The position numbers and the translations under genes were made by a program. Below, one piece after another: positions 32,401 to 36,351 of a stretch of DNA of 64,000 nt. Position 1 is the stretch's first letter, and every line of letters begins with the position of its first letter. This DNA is from Candidatus Iainarchaeum sp. (GTDB lineage: Archaea; Iainarchaeota; Iainarchaeia; Iainarchaeales; JAZDDZ01): the NCBI GenBank assembly GCA_043809245.1, contig JAZDDZ010000007.1:14434-78433 (forward strand), in the 5' to 3' direction. The notes under the pieces were generated by a model, which saw nothing but the letters and a program-made list of their open reading frames with translations, ran no database searches and was not told the origin of the DNA.

Positions 32401-34560
32401 TGAACCAGAGCAATCGTTTGCCATGCTCGCATAAGCCACATTGCTTGAATCCCATTTGCAGGAAACCCCATTGGCGTTCAAATCGGAAATTGAAAGGGCA
32501 AGGTTTGTGTTGGAATCAACTAGAGAATCAGTGTAAGGTGCAGTGCTGTCGCCGTCAAGGTTGTTAATTGAAACTACTGGCGCATTGTTGTCAAGCTGGA
32601 ATAAAGCGTTGGAGGAATCTGTTCCAATGTTCTGCATGCTGTCAAACAGGTTTATGTCAATGAAGTAATTGCCGTCGCCTAAGCCCATTAGGTTCCAGTC
32701 GTAATAGCATTCTGTTGATGCGGCGAAGCTGGTGTCGCGGCAGCTTGTAAGGTAAAGTGCCTGTATCTCCGAGGAAGTTAGTGCGGTTTTTGTGAAAAAG
32801 GGGTCGTCTATTAAGCCGTTGAAGTGCCCTCCGCAAGTTCCAAGCGAACAAGTTATACAAGCAGGGTAAGCTCCGATTGCCAATGGTTGAGTGTTATTCA
32901 TGTTTGCATTGCTGTTATCCGTTCCCTGCCCTTCTAATGCTCCGTCAACGTAAATATAGCATTTGTCGTCTGCAACGCTTCTTACACCTATTACATTGTG
33001 CCATTGGTTGTCGTTTAAATCCGTTGTGCCTGTTGCTTGGCAAAACTTTGTTCCGTCACCCCAATCGCCAATGTAAACGTTTGCCTTTGCATTTGGGGCC
33101 ACATTTATTCGGTAACCAATTACTGTGCAAATTGTTTTCGCAATTATTGCTTCCCCGCCCCCTCCAAGTGTTCGCACTTGTTCTATCGGGTGCTTTATCC
33201 ACGCTCCCATTGAAAAACTTGTCGTTAAAAGCACGTTAAAGTCTACATCGTCGTTTCTGTATAGGTATTGGTTTTGGTCTGGATTAAAGGATATTGCTGA
33301 ACCATATCTCCCGTTTGCAGTCCAAGTTGGCGCATAGTTTCCTGTGCCGAATGAAAGATTGTTGGCGCCCGATGTGCTGTCAAGAGTTGTGGTGCCTGAG
33401 CCCTCGGAAAAATGCCACAGGCCTTTCAGGAGACCTGAGCCGTAAACTGAAAGGTTTAAGTCGTCTGCAATTTGCTTTGTGAAGGCGCCTGCAGTTGAAG
33501 AATAATATATGTCTGCGTAAATGGAATTGCTGTCTGAATCCGTTACATTGAAGTCGATTGAAATGTTTTTGTCGCTGTTGTAAGAGAATGACTGGCCTCC
33601 ATTGGGGTAATTGACCAAAGCGGTTGGCGCGTTGCCTGAAACAGTGAAGTCAACTGAAGCGGTTGAAGAGGCGTTTGCAACCGCGTCCTGGCAGGCATAG
33701 TAAATTGTGTAAGAGCCTTTGAGCCCAGTGGCCTTGCACGATGACTTTCCTCCGGAAATTGCACTGCAGGAATTCGGAAGCGAAGCGTATGCAACGTTTG
33801 TTGTTCCCCACTTGCATGCCGCCGGGCTTCCCACGCCTGCATTTGAGTCGGAAACATTCAGTAGCACGTTTGTGCTGCCGTTGTCAATCGTGTCCTCATA
33901 TGGGCCTGTTGTGTCGCCTTCCACGCTGTTCAAGGAAACCGTTGGCGCGATTAAATCTGTTGTGTAATTGCCTGTAATTGGATTGTTTGTTGCTGCAAGC
34001 GTGTTGTCGAAAAGGAAAGCAAACCAATTGTGCGTTGCGTTGTCTGATTCTGAAGTGAAGGAACAGGAGGGGTTTGCGGCGTAACTGCTTTGGCTGACTG
34101 AGCAATAGGTGCCTGCGCCGCAGCCGGAAATTGTTGCGCTGTTTGTCTGGCAGACGAATAGCTTCAAGGGATTGCTTTCGGAATCCGTCGCGCTTGTGCA
34201 GATGTAAACAGTTGAGCCGCCCTTTATTGTTGTCGCGGCTGTGCCGCAGCCCGCAACTTTTCCATCGGAAGCTGAAGTGAATGTCGGAGCGTAAGTGCCG
34301 AAGTAAATTATGTCTTCAACTGTCTTGTCGCTTACTTCCGCTTCAACTGCAGGGAATAAAAGGGTTTCCTGCGCGGCGGAGAGATTGTCCTTGAAAACCG
34401 TTGAGTCAAGCTCTTCCTGCGTGAAGGCATTGCGCCAGTCAAGGAAAGAGAAGGCATCGGAGCCTTTTGAAAAATCACCGAATGCGTTAACAAGAAGGGA
34501 AAGGCATACAATGCAGAGAATTAACGCTAAAGCTAACCTGATTCTGCCGCTTTCATTCAT
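14428..34560 (-). CDS. Giant secreted multi-domain surface protein (6,710 aa), putative adhesin
   Basis: Single uninterrupted 20,133-nt ORF. N-terminal signal/anchor MNESGRIRLALALILCIVCLSLLVNAFG, with no other obvious TM segment. Mosaic of Ig-like modules, LamG-type jelly rolls, a DUF2341-like block, 21 Cys-pair repeats, Cys-rich knots and CARDB-like domains (see sub-features). N/S/T/D-rich, with many N-X-S/T sequons. Confidence 0.9.
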   Translation of the reverse strand: MNESGRIRLALALILCIVCLSLLVNAFGDFSKGSDAFSFLDWRNAFTQEELDSTVFKDNLSAAQETLLFPAVEAEVSDKTVEDIIYFGTYAPTFTSASDGKVAGCGTAATTIKGGSTVYICTSATDSESNPLKLFVCQTNSATISGCGAGTYCSVSQSSYAANPSCSFTSESDNATHNWFAFLFDNTLAATNNPITGNYTTDLIAPTVSLNSVEGDTTGPYEDTIDNGSTNVLLNVSDSNAGVGSPAACKWGTTNVAYASLPNSCSAISGGKSSCKATGLKGSYTIYYACQDAVANASSTASVDFTVSGNAPTALVNYPNGGQSFSYNSDKNISIDFNVTDSDSNSIYADIYYSSTAGAFTKQIADDLNLSVYGSGLLKGLWHFSEGSGTTTLDSTSGANNLSFGTGNYAPTWTANGRYGSAISFNPDQNQYLYRNDDVDFNVLLTTSFSMGAWIKHPIEQVRTLGGGGEAIIAKTICTVIGYRINVAPNAKANVYIGDWGDGTKFCQATGTTDLNDNQWHNVIGVRSVADDKCYIYVDGALEGQGTDNSNANMNNTQPLAIGAYPACITCSLGTCGGHFNGLIDDPFFTKTALTSSEIQALYLTSCRDTSFAASTECYYDWNLMGLGDGNYFIDINLFDSMQNIGTDSSNALFQLDNNAPVVSINNLDGDSTAPYTDSLVDSNTNLALSISDLNANGVSCKWDSSNVAYASMANDCSGSTGLKTCSFGNLSSGAYDRYYACKDLGLNTSATASISFQVLSTQPTYATLFSPLGYERYSYNRDGNISIDFNVSDADSTDLNVSIYYSMSPAAYGTKLLDANLGILSDASLLLWWPIDENNGSTVNDLSGNGGNGTTYGGMSWVSGKFGPGLQAATNKYASGPTSLALGTSATISMWATPSMMLRKWVSGAEDKGLSLTTTSATCYLATASSGDSISCTRTFDANKWYMVSCTLDGSDRKIFVNGGECNSASASGDVNDSSGALYLGYDPTGGAYSTGKADDLRIFSRALSADEIMQLYKISCTNNSFASSTKCWYNWNLSAVPDGNFFIDLNVSDGENTPATDSSDYNFLVHNFAPTISVSSLANDASAPWEDTLKDFDTNAILDVNDFELAGVKCWWSSDSQMASPTECAKNSNLYACDFGYLMNNDYNRFYVCGDAMDNNSAITTLSFTVNVANTAPDANVNAPNGGETISYAKDGNYAIDFNVMDADNDWLYADIYYSDSQGAFTTQIVDDLNLNALGQCADTNFLDSTDCNYGWTMLSSLGDGNYFIDINVFDPSNAATADSSDAFFTVDNNAPILSVVSLAGDIEAPYLDSVSDNDSNLLLSVSDFNLAGVSCKWDSTNVAYASMANDCSAIDGNQITCAFGSVAAGTYDYYYSCSDNALNASTAEAISFTVQGAAPTIRVNSPNGGDTNSYVRDKNAVLDFNISDADSNQLFADIYYSSSAGAFTTQIVNDWNLSVVGRCASSNFSVSRRCTYDWNIIAVSDGNYFLDINVFDPQDNNSVDSSDAYFSLDNSAPVLSVVSLAGDTEEPYLDSVSDNDTNLLLSISDFNSNGVSCKWDSTNVAYASMANACGAISGSQVTCDFTNLTGGSYTYYYSCRDNALNASTAAAVSFTVQGAAPTALVNSPNGNQTWTYFLQGNKTLDFNVSDADSNQLFADIYYSSTPGAFENQILNDYNLSVPGRCASSNFSVSRRCTYDWNYSALPDGNYFIDINVFDPQDNNAVDSSDQNFRINNSGAAPTVVLALPNGGEQISYPNDGNYLLDFNVLDSDSSVLYADIYYSSAAGAFQNQIADNVNLANAFTVPATYQSWWKFGEGSGTTLRDANTTAANNLALSGSVSWVSGVFDKAITFSDSPDSYATRGDDPDFDIKLADSFSVGMWVKTTDLSGDLISKYSTYYALPIAGWAISVPYGLATFSVGNNLWNGLSCVCYGSRIADNHWHHIIGVRNVSTNSCYLYVDGALACTGTDNSTANMNNSEEIDIGKGFAGTIDEPFFIRRALSAAEASRISWCADRDFSDSTKCVYLWKTINGVADGNYFIDLNAFDPQDNNAVDSSDAFFELDNTAPVIAINNIGGDSTAPYLDSTNDSSTGIVLDITDFNAASVSCSWGTANLSFASLPNSCTRSASQFSCDLGNLADGNYTRYYACRDALLNTSSTGMVSFLVNALGPVTSSDINSGFIPSGFSASLFCSSPRGWLDSDYAYRKIITIDNSASATTLNNTYTLDVNAIDTAALIAAGKMKSNCSDLRVAYNGTTELSREVIGCNTTNTVIQFKLQNTISAGTIDYNYFLFYGNPSAGSPPNNYPDIFYLGDNFNDNSLKTLPARGFRTNNGSDANILVETSGRLLFNSTNDYEILAFNIGNSGDWALTAKLNSYTVNNDTHTGIYVGNLSVGTSGIAADYFGRYKYASRSVYCGEEAIGEGDNFQVVRRYPDGCYVGSMPSYASTTLPAWLRIIRRGGYNLYLISFNGTDWTQIGSYVSLNSAPLSASAPYFGLFSQVYSGSVAASFDNLSVKKDIATPPSYLLGGEEIYSQNNSACASTKYRLDSDASNAVSYGSWADYNSAIAFSADGNYAIQFYSIDNLGKTEPTNTMHAVIGTPVAPDANFNVLLQDTTINARYNSNFLIDFNVTDADFNVFSGNLHASIYYSSSPGQFSNSLVQNFDLNSLANPSLIGYWPLDEGSGYTAHDKGGVGTNLGLIFASSGSTYTNVGSHWVAGKMGQWAVDLNTIEKLRIANDFTFSTLTNALTLSMWVYPKDSGSAQTWALSDWLGVLTRNSGGTVSYSRSVESTPNYLTTITSTSNFTYNVWNHLSVTCSQENSAISLYVNGYADSSATLPASVPCIYPNYTNTTYFGMRMTNTGTLPNYPGMLSIDEIKLYNRALSKGELLREKLFAFPQPCSDVNFSNQADCGYDWNLSAIATGEYYIDINIFDDQGKSKTISSPAKLIISNFADTTGPTGSILINSGDIGTTSTTLDLSLTYSDDASGVANMSFSCNGTAWTAWESVSSTKSFSILSADNSAVGCDAEASSGYGSKTVYARFQDAEDNNGSSAYDTIFYDDAGAPTGNSVNISTFSGRNGYTNNITPPMSTTSTLAYYMKFSCDNATYSSNASYASAYSAFDVTLIANGCSSSDSNRTVYAIYSDSIGNSASAVQISPANSLYLDRTIPIVSSFTITDSSGYTNDTSPQFDITATDTGSSGLDSMKFSCNGKDWSNWFNYSATLNASTDDFNIGDYNLGCPGYESGLVTVYAKARDKAFNESEIISDTTYYDINPPNASVSIASNAPVLTDANLLLVISAYDDGSGVKDFALSCDNSSYSSWYDYNSYYVDENRAALIDFNALSGAGCSNNDGAIIIYAKARDNLNNTVTVYTTATLDLPIGPSEVDIDIIDNSGYTNNANPQMRIQAGASLDVNAIRFSCDNSTWGAEAVMQSDYNGFNITSGAGCSASEGAKTIYAQFYSPSLGSWAYTASDSTTYDATVPSGSVAINAAAYYVTGYTSDTTPLLNTTASDALSGLHEMSFSCDANNFTGWVVYKSQYFDFNLLDDSQGGCSNTDGNKTVYVKFKDKAGNQILANSSNDTVLTLQGDKTDFGGLIFFDDGDSFVIDTTNPYDVNVELDVAQWSGTLGYTNDDAPPLVVNGKDLIAGLHDMAFSCNGVDFSPKGQYTKYYSNFDVKPNSTQYGCTTRDGQRKVYIRITDRAGNAVVGSADTGVWWLDTENPTLSSVLVDSSMNNTTADSAPAISISAYDLVSGLYDLNMSCGSSGPWRTYSYSSIISDFNILSPVYGCTNGEGGRRVYAVVRDKAYNQSEVQFDDIIFDTSATTTPSVGIDGYAKNSWVRGATVTLTCTATASDVASYDFDYTLSDDGTGWTELATGDTDGSYAWVTPANDLNFAIRCRYKDNAANYSVYDYAYYLGLDKTAPTTTDDIPSGWQTSITVTLTCSDANGPSGCQRTYYKINSGGWVFYSSPFVLNLEGINTVYYYSLDNAGNTESLKSKTASIDAIQPTLNSITISDIGGYTNSSKPAIFVSATGDASYIKFNCNNSSTWQAFSYKISQGSIASFDVSQAGYGCLSGANGSVNVYAKLVDLAGNESAVVSDSTYYDTAAPTGTIIIENGAASTNDSTPLLSLSASDAASGVTEMQFSCNASSWSGWVPYATSYSAFNIYTTSYGCSLSDGLRRIYVRFRDKVGNVGPSASDLILVDLGPPVNNSISVTGFTGTPRYTSSTTPPLAISSNGASYMRFSCSSNPSSFSGNTPYSSSYSSFDIATGAGCSNTDGAKQVYAIFEDDTNNSSAPVSTYANGGYFYLDRSKPALNSLSITKTSGYTSDTTPSATLSASDATSGVHEARFSCNGTSWGAWASYSSSMVPNINLRYGFNGCLNSVDGNVTLYAQLRDKAYNISNEIRSDSVYVDTTGPTATISIEGGAETTSDYTPALSITGNDGTGIGVSQMQFSCNGSTWNAAWVNFSAAYSDFNIINSALGGCTYAAGTKYVFVRLRDTLGNIGEAASDSIILNWTPITGGNSITIIDNFGYTNNATPQMNISTNVSGTTLTHMRFSCDNSAWAAEVPYNTTYSSFNIASGSNGCSTANGSKTVYVQFKDSVGTWGYVASDSTTYDTVPPTGNSIAVNYTGATGYVNTALPTFALSSTGANRVRLSCNGITYTNPAIYSETYNSFNIKPQATAYGCPTSDGNRTVYAIYLDYAGNSAAAVNTASFVLDTAPPTSLALSTTYSGLDGYINTATPALALSATDGLSGLSGMQFSCNASDWTGWEAFASTKSNFNLESGSYGCGSTDGSTTVYARARDRAYNVSASAARSLIVDTQAPQNPSIFIERWTGESGYTFDDAPPLVMAATDATSGVYEMQYSCDNSDWTYPWIVYSYRYSTFDARPAAQQYGCTTGQGQKIIYVRFRDRAYNVSGEANTGYWILDQNAPLNLSISIEVFTGLGGYTNDSTPEFLLTADDTISGLSKARFSCNGFGFTDWFAFDGSDTYNSSTNDFDVKSGFNGCAAEDGNKTIYVEVMDKAGVFSVVSNSGIGADSFYVDTVVPSVSIDAPGENQFVSGNVLLYNTISDSGSGISSAWLTINSAAGPEGTTAGYPFDVNLSSAQSWDADWNSDSPVAEDLYALSVYAVDRAGNTSTAQRSFAVSRAAPTIQFLVPNPNNRYYSGSIDYNVYFQHFLLDDANVQVKNNSDGNSVISTQSASGLAATATTSKYLGTTANLSAYSDGTIFWVEAQAQDTAANHSSATTYFIVDNSNPTGSIAVLDTNGYTRSTNPDLNLSATDSTSSVESMRFSCDNSNWTGWAAFSSRYSGLSLIDSTAGCTSSDGSKTVYVQFRDSAGNISSSYSDTTTLDRAAPSGTIQIEGGSQTTNNDTPTLTLSAADNGGIGLKDMRFSCDSYTWAQYVNYATTYSDFNIFDTTIGGCIAGQGFREVYVQFRDSLDNLSHFFFDTIYVDMNIDSAAELEDCPDFIESENVSLAWAGASDSNSLAYFKIFISPNGQAWQELHQTSTAGETTYDFNFLAVDLNGVCGDGKCNPGENCPNDSLNCPIGTACTSGCRPQTGTTTNYSCGDGICSPGEYCPTDTLNGCAAGFFCRSGCQPDQNTIINDPTNPCGNGTCSTGEYCIYDNSYCYDAYGSDWVCKGGAGVDGCVQTTTVNYVCGDGTCDIGENCITDNSSCEVGNACINGCVPTNDTSALSGGKSFNAFQGSLDGFMYYRVETYDSVGNKANSTTKRCTIDKESPFQVPYTNGRAIVRSTSYGDYNLFIPSTGMASGADTNISIDYNSSPPTFQRGRLYAAFNFDAPEGTLTFLSDKPAKLTLTYSEGELSCAPTCSTADEQKLKIYRWDVDSNDWIAMQSTVDTVNNKITADMNHFSPWGYGEDTNAPTLASATISDSTCNQAQGCTSDSTPTITLVASADASDMNISCSASGPWLNQAYTSSVTNFDIASGSYGCGSTDGAATVYVKVSDDSGNWSSALSDSTYYDSTAPTLSITFPSDGASQSSSTVEIVYTGSDSGAGIKNYWVKVDSSAWINNSTNTSYSFDLQELGEHAYSVIATDNLDQNSSTESVTITVTSGGGPTGGEVCGNGSCTTSETRANCPADCWVCGDSFCDSPYESSANCAGDCPAQSCSDGTAYNACSAAKPLFCSNGSLVNDCSDCGCPNSGDTCNTDGSCTSVQADLTATLTSSGIAQNNSKVSFAAAVYNLGSTSATSFRVSLREGSPSGREIASRTVNSLAGSDGTSLLFEFTYDANDAAMASWQGKTISFYEVVDPDNSVAESNEANNNASTTVYFAGPELCGNLFDDNLNGLVDEGCIPNLFFKRIDVGKPVFVAGDLVRVDFNVLISSEDFDSNNFYVSFFENTLASQGIAVTFIGSLKKDKDVIMLFYYEEPVAQVITINTAGAVKQPAATALFQSEGTASTFYVFVDSTEVVTESNEQDNIMEVDIGSLITDLSFESSSVPATVFQGQRIDVNAVIANNSQADSGAFAVSVLLDKQTVASGNVPSLAPGAKANVHFSVNSGSISGAHDINILIDPSNLIAESDETNNNKFHLVFVEAGTELIYSYAKFLQQEQIVAGFWKPLADSSAYAFSVQGNSLAVSREISETQYNPDYSFSSNYLNSSLSTNAPYTLNISKNAVSFGSHDFSIIDKNMSAAYSQINGTSVSWWLDPVFLKRMHYERINNLSMIWWQQFLGGGA
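14880..16000 (-). other. Three CARDB-like domains, with an intervening D-rich Cys motif, near the giant protein's C-terminus
   Basis: DLTATLTSS...AAAVYNLGSTSATSFRVSL...VDPDNSVAESNEANNN; ELCGNLFDDNLNGLVDEGC; VFVDSTEVVTESNEQDN; DLSFESSSVPATVFQGQRIDVNAVIANNSQADSGAFAVSVLLD...IDPSNLIAESDETNNN. Confidence 0.65.
16005..16290 (-). other. Second Cys-rich knot region of the giant protein
   Basis: EVCGNGSCTTSETRANCPADCWVCGDSFCDSPYESSANCAGDCPAQSCSDGTAYNACSAAKPLFCSNGSLVNDCSDCGCPNSGDTCNTDGSC. Confidence 0.7.
17470..17950 (-). repeat. Four tandem Cys-rich ~35-45-aa units in the giant protein
   Basis: VCGDGKCNPGENCPNDSLNCPIGTACTSGC / SCGDGICSPGEYCPTDTLNGCAAGFFCRSGC / PCGNGTCSTGEYCIYDNSYCYDAYGSDWVCKGGAGVDGC / VCGDGTCDIGENCITDNSSCEVGNACINGC. 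Confidence 0.75.
18165..25700 (-). repeat. Array of 20 tandem ~104-108-aa Cys-pair beta-sandwich-like repeats (8 + 10 + 2, separated by other Ig-like domains); a 21st copy lies at ~16560-16870
   Basis: Consensus by eye: ..GYTN...P.L.(L/I)SA.D..SG(V/L)..M.FSC(D/N)...W..W..Y...Y..FN.....GC...DG.KTVYV.F.D.AGN.S.....D...(Y/V)D...P. The 'FSC' and 'GC' cysteines are kept in every copy. Interruptions at ~22545-23100 and ~18790-19420. Confidence 0.75.
25880..26535 (-). other. LamG-type jelly roll 4, nested in B-domain 7
   Basis: LIGYWPLDEGSGYTAHDKGGVGTNLGL...HWVAGKMGQWAVDL...LTLSMWVYP...NVWNHLSVTC...ISLYVNGY...GMLSIDEIKLYNRALSKGELL. Confidence 0.7.
26990..27970 (-). other. DUF2341-like domain (~27640-27970) followed by a second concanavalin-like jelly roll (~26990-27640)
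   Basis: WLDSDYAYRKIITIDNSASATTLNNTYTLDVNAIDTAALIAAGKMKSNCSDLRVAYNG...YNYFLFYGN matches the DUF2341 pattern. Next comes DNFNDNSL...GDWALTAKL...WLRIIRRGGYNLYLISFNGTDWTQIG...FDNLSV. Confidence 0.6.
28515..29130 (-). other. LamG-type jelly roll 3, nested in B-domain 6
   Basis: QSWWKFGEGSGTTLRDANTTAANNLALSGSVSWVSGVFDKAITF...FSVGMWVK...NHWHHIIGVRN...CYLYVDGAL...GTIDEPFFIRRALSAAEASRI. Confidence 0.7.
31505..32080 (-). other. LamG-type jelly roll 2, nested in B-domain 2
   Basis: LLLWWPIDENNGSTVNDLSGNGGNGTTYGGMSWVSGKFGPGLQ...ISMWA...NKWYMVSCTLDG..RKIFVNGG...ADDLRIFSRALSADEIMQLY. Confidence 0.7.
32750..33440 (-). other. LamG-type (concanavalin-like) jelly roll 1, nested in B-domain 1 of the giant protein
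   Basis: LLKGLWHFSEGSGTTTLDSTSGANNLSF...GRYGSAISF...FSMGAWIK...NQWHNVIGV...CYIYVDGAL...GLIDDPFFTKTALTSSEIQALY is the LamG_3-style pattern. Confidence 0.7.
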
Positions 34561-34618
34561 GAAATTACGCCTACCGTTAAAGCGATTTTCGCTGTGATGC
34601 CCCTGTGTGGTTTTATTG

Positions 34619-34660
34619 CTTAATATATCTCTTAATATATCATCTCTAATATTTATAAAT
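34619..34660 (-). promoter_or_regulatory. AT-rich tandem 12-nt repeat plus TATA-like element upstream of the giant gene
   Basis: The plus strand reads CTTAATATATCT (34619-34630), CTTAATATATCA (34631-34642), then TCTCTAATATTTATAAATTTT. On the coding strand this places TTTATAAATATT and 2x GATATATTAAG 60-100 nt upstream of the ATG at 34560. Confidence 0.35.
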
Positions 34661-34703
34661 TTTGGCTAAAAGGAGGCTGGAAAATGCTTGTTTTTTGAAA
34701 AAA

Positions 34704-36320
34704 TCAGCTGCTTGGAGTGAATTCGTAAATTAATGCGTTGCCTGAATTGAACCGTTCAACAAGGAAAGGGCATTGCTGCAGGGGGATTGAAACTGTTTCT
34801 CCGCCTAGCACCATTGCCTTTGGCTGCAGCAAAAAATTGGCGCCATAATCTTCTAAAAGCTTTTTCTTTGAATCGCATGAAGCGAAAAAAAGCTTTACGA
34901 ATGCCTCGCTTAATTCAGGCGTGCACTGGAAGCGCGTTGGGGAAGTGCATAACGCTTTTCTGCCTGTGTAAATGGCCACTGGCTTTGCCAGAGCCGGCGG
35001 CAGGATAACAAAAACACTTTCCTTAGAAGTGTTCGAGGAAATCCATTCAAGCAGCGGAAGGCTTTGCCCGTCAATGGATTTGTAAAAGCTTGAGTCAAAG
35101 GAAAACGGGAGGAAAAACAGCAAAAAAATTGTGGCTGCAAAAAAAGCCGCGGGGAAAAATTTTTCCGGAGCGCCTTTCGCATCAGCGGAAATTTTTTTGA
35201 ACAAAAGGCAAAAGCCCGCGCCGGAAAACGCAAGGCAGAAAAGCAGAAAGAAATTCAGCGCGCGCTCAAATGGAACCATGAGATTGAAGCCCAATGCAAA
35301 CGGGAAGAAAAGGAAGAAAGCGAGCGAAAGGAAAACCGGGAGGAAAAATTTTTCATTTCCGGTTTTTTCTGAAAAAATTTTCTTCAGCAGGAAAATGAAT
35401 GGAATTGCCACAACTGCAAGCGACAGGAGCAGCAGCGCGGGGTTGAATGGCTGCAGGGAAAAATTTTCAAAACTTGCGGGCGCGGACAAAAGGAAATTTT
35501 CAATGACCGCCGCGGGACCCCAGATGAATATCATGGGAAAGGAAGCCAAAAGTTTTTCCACGCCAAAGCCGCCGGAAAAAGAATAGTAAATGCTGAACAG
35601 GACCGTGGCAATTTCAATTGAAAGCAGGCCGGCGAAAAAGGCGGTTAACTTTTTTCTCAGCGTGGAACGGGTGAAAACAAAAAACAGGAAAAATGAAAGC
35701 GCTGCGAAAATAAATGCGGGGGGATAGGCTGCCGCGGAAAAAAGCATGAGAATCAGAAAAATGGAAAGGTATTTTTTTGAGCTGAATGATTTTTCCATGA
35801 AAAAAAGCAGGGGAAAAAAAAGCGCCAAGCCAAGGGAAGATGGAACCATTAGCTGCATGCCGAGAAGCCATACGCTGGAGGGAAGGAACAGCGAGAAAAT
35901 TGCCGCGGAGAATGCCGCGTTTTTTTCTGGAAAAAATTTTCGGAACAAAACAAACGCGGAAAGCGAGAGAATGAACAGAAGCAGTGCGGGAAGGAAAAAA
36001 ATCAGCTGTTCTGCGGGAATTCCTGAAAAAATTGAAATGAATGAAATGAGTGAAGTGAAGCCGTTCTCCAGGCCCGGCTGTTCCGGGAGGATTGCGGAAA
36101 GGCTTTCAGGAATGTACGGGTCTTTGCCTGAAAGCACGCCTGAACTGATCGTGCCTTGCGCTGCGGCGATTGAATCGTATTCGTCTCCGTGAAGCGGGAA
36201 CAAGTAGCCGAGCCTTGGAAGCGCTGCAATGAAAACAGATGCCAGCAGAAGCGCAAGCAAAATTAATTTTGGGTTTAATGCCTTTTGCAAGCCAAGCATA
36301 TGAAAGTGAAAGTGCTGCAT
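34704..36320 (-). CDS. Polytopic integral membrane protein (538 aa), possible GT-C-type glycosyltransferase
   Basis: At least 12 hydrophobic helices, an N-terminal loop GYLFPLHGDEYDSIAAAQ and a soluble C-terminal ~110 aa. No WWDxG oligosaccharyltransferase motif was seen. The functional call is weak, and the start may be the internal MLGLQ. Confidence 0.55.
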   Translation of the reverse strand: MQHFHFHMLGLQKALNPKLILLALLLASVFIAALPRLGYLFPLHGDEYDSIAAAQGTISSGVLSGKDPYIPESLSAILPEQPGLENGFTSLISFISIFSGIPAEQLIFFLPALLLFILSLSAFVLFRKFFPEKNAAFSAAIFSLFLPSSVWLLGMQLMVPSSLGLALFFPLLFFMEKSFSSKKYLSIFLILMLFSAAAYPPAFIFAALSFFLFFVFTRSTLRKKLTAFFAGLLSIEIATVLFSIYYSFSGGFGVEKLLASFPMIFIWGPAAVIENFLLSAPASFENFSLQPFNPALLLLSLAVVAIPFIFLLKKIFSEKTGNEKFFLPVFLSLAFFLFFPFALGFNLMVPFERALNFFLLFCLAFSGAGFCLLFKKISADAKGAPEKFFPAAFFAATIFLLFFLPFSFDSSFYKSIDGQSLPLLEWISSNTSKESVFVILPPALAKPVAIYTGRKALCTSPTRFQCTPELSEAFVKLFFASCDSKKKLLEDYGANFLLQPKAMVLGGETVSIPLQQCPFLVERFNSGNALIYEFTPSS

Positions 36321-36351
36321 TATGGTTAAAAGAATTCCTTAAACTGCGCTT

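Larger units (their letters stand above)
25700..33950 (-). repeat. N-terminal array of ~220-aa supermodules inside the giant gene (6 'A' + 7 'B' Ig-like domains)
   Basis: A domains: N(N/S/T)AP..S...L.GD..APY.DS....D.N..L.(I/V)SD.N..GVSCKW...NVAYASM. B domains: AP....N.PNGG...SY..D.N...DFNV.D.DS..L(Y/F)ADIYYSS..GAF..QI...NLS ... C....F.....C.Y.WN......DGNYFIDINVFD. Boundaries are approximate. Confidence 0.7.

Noticed and set aside
18165-33950. Periodic ~310-330-nt and ~666-nt repeats that could be mistaken for a CRISPR or satellite array.
   Set aside because: The periods are multiples of 3, the repeats lie within one open frame, and they are conserved at the protein-motif level rather than the DNA level. 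There are no short direct repeats with unique spacers.
14876-34105. Dozens of 60-200-aa ORFs on the plus strand, or in other minus-strand frames, inside the giant gene (for example 15779-16372, 26177-26524, 32877-33239, 33543-33857).
   Set aside because: They lie entirely within the long, motif-rich 6,710-aa frame. Their low-complexity R/S/C/L/Q-rich translations are typical of shadow frames, and they have no independent start context.
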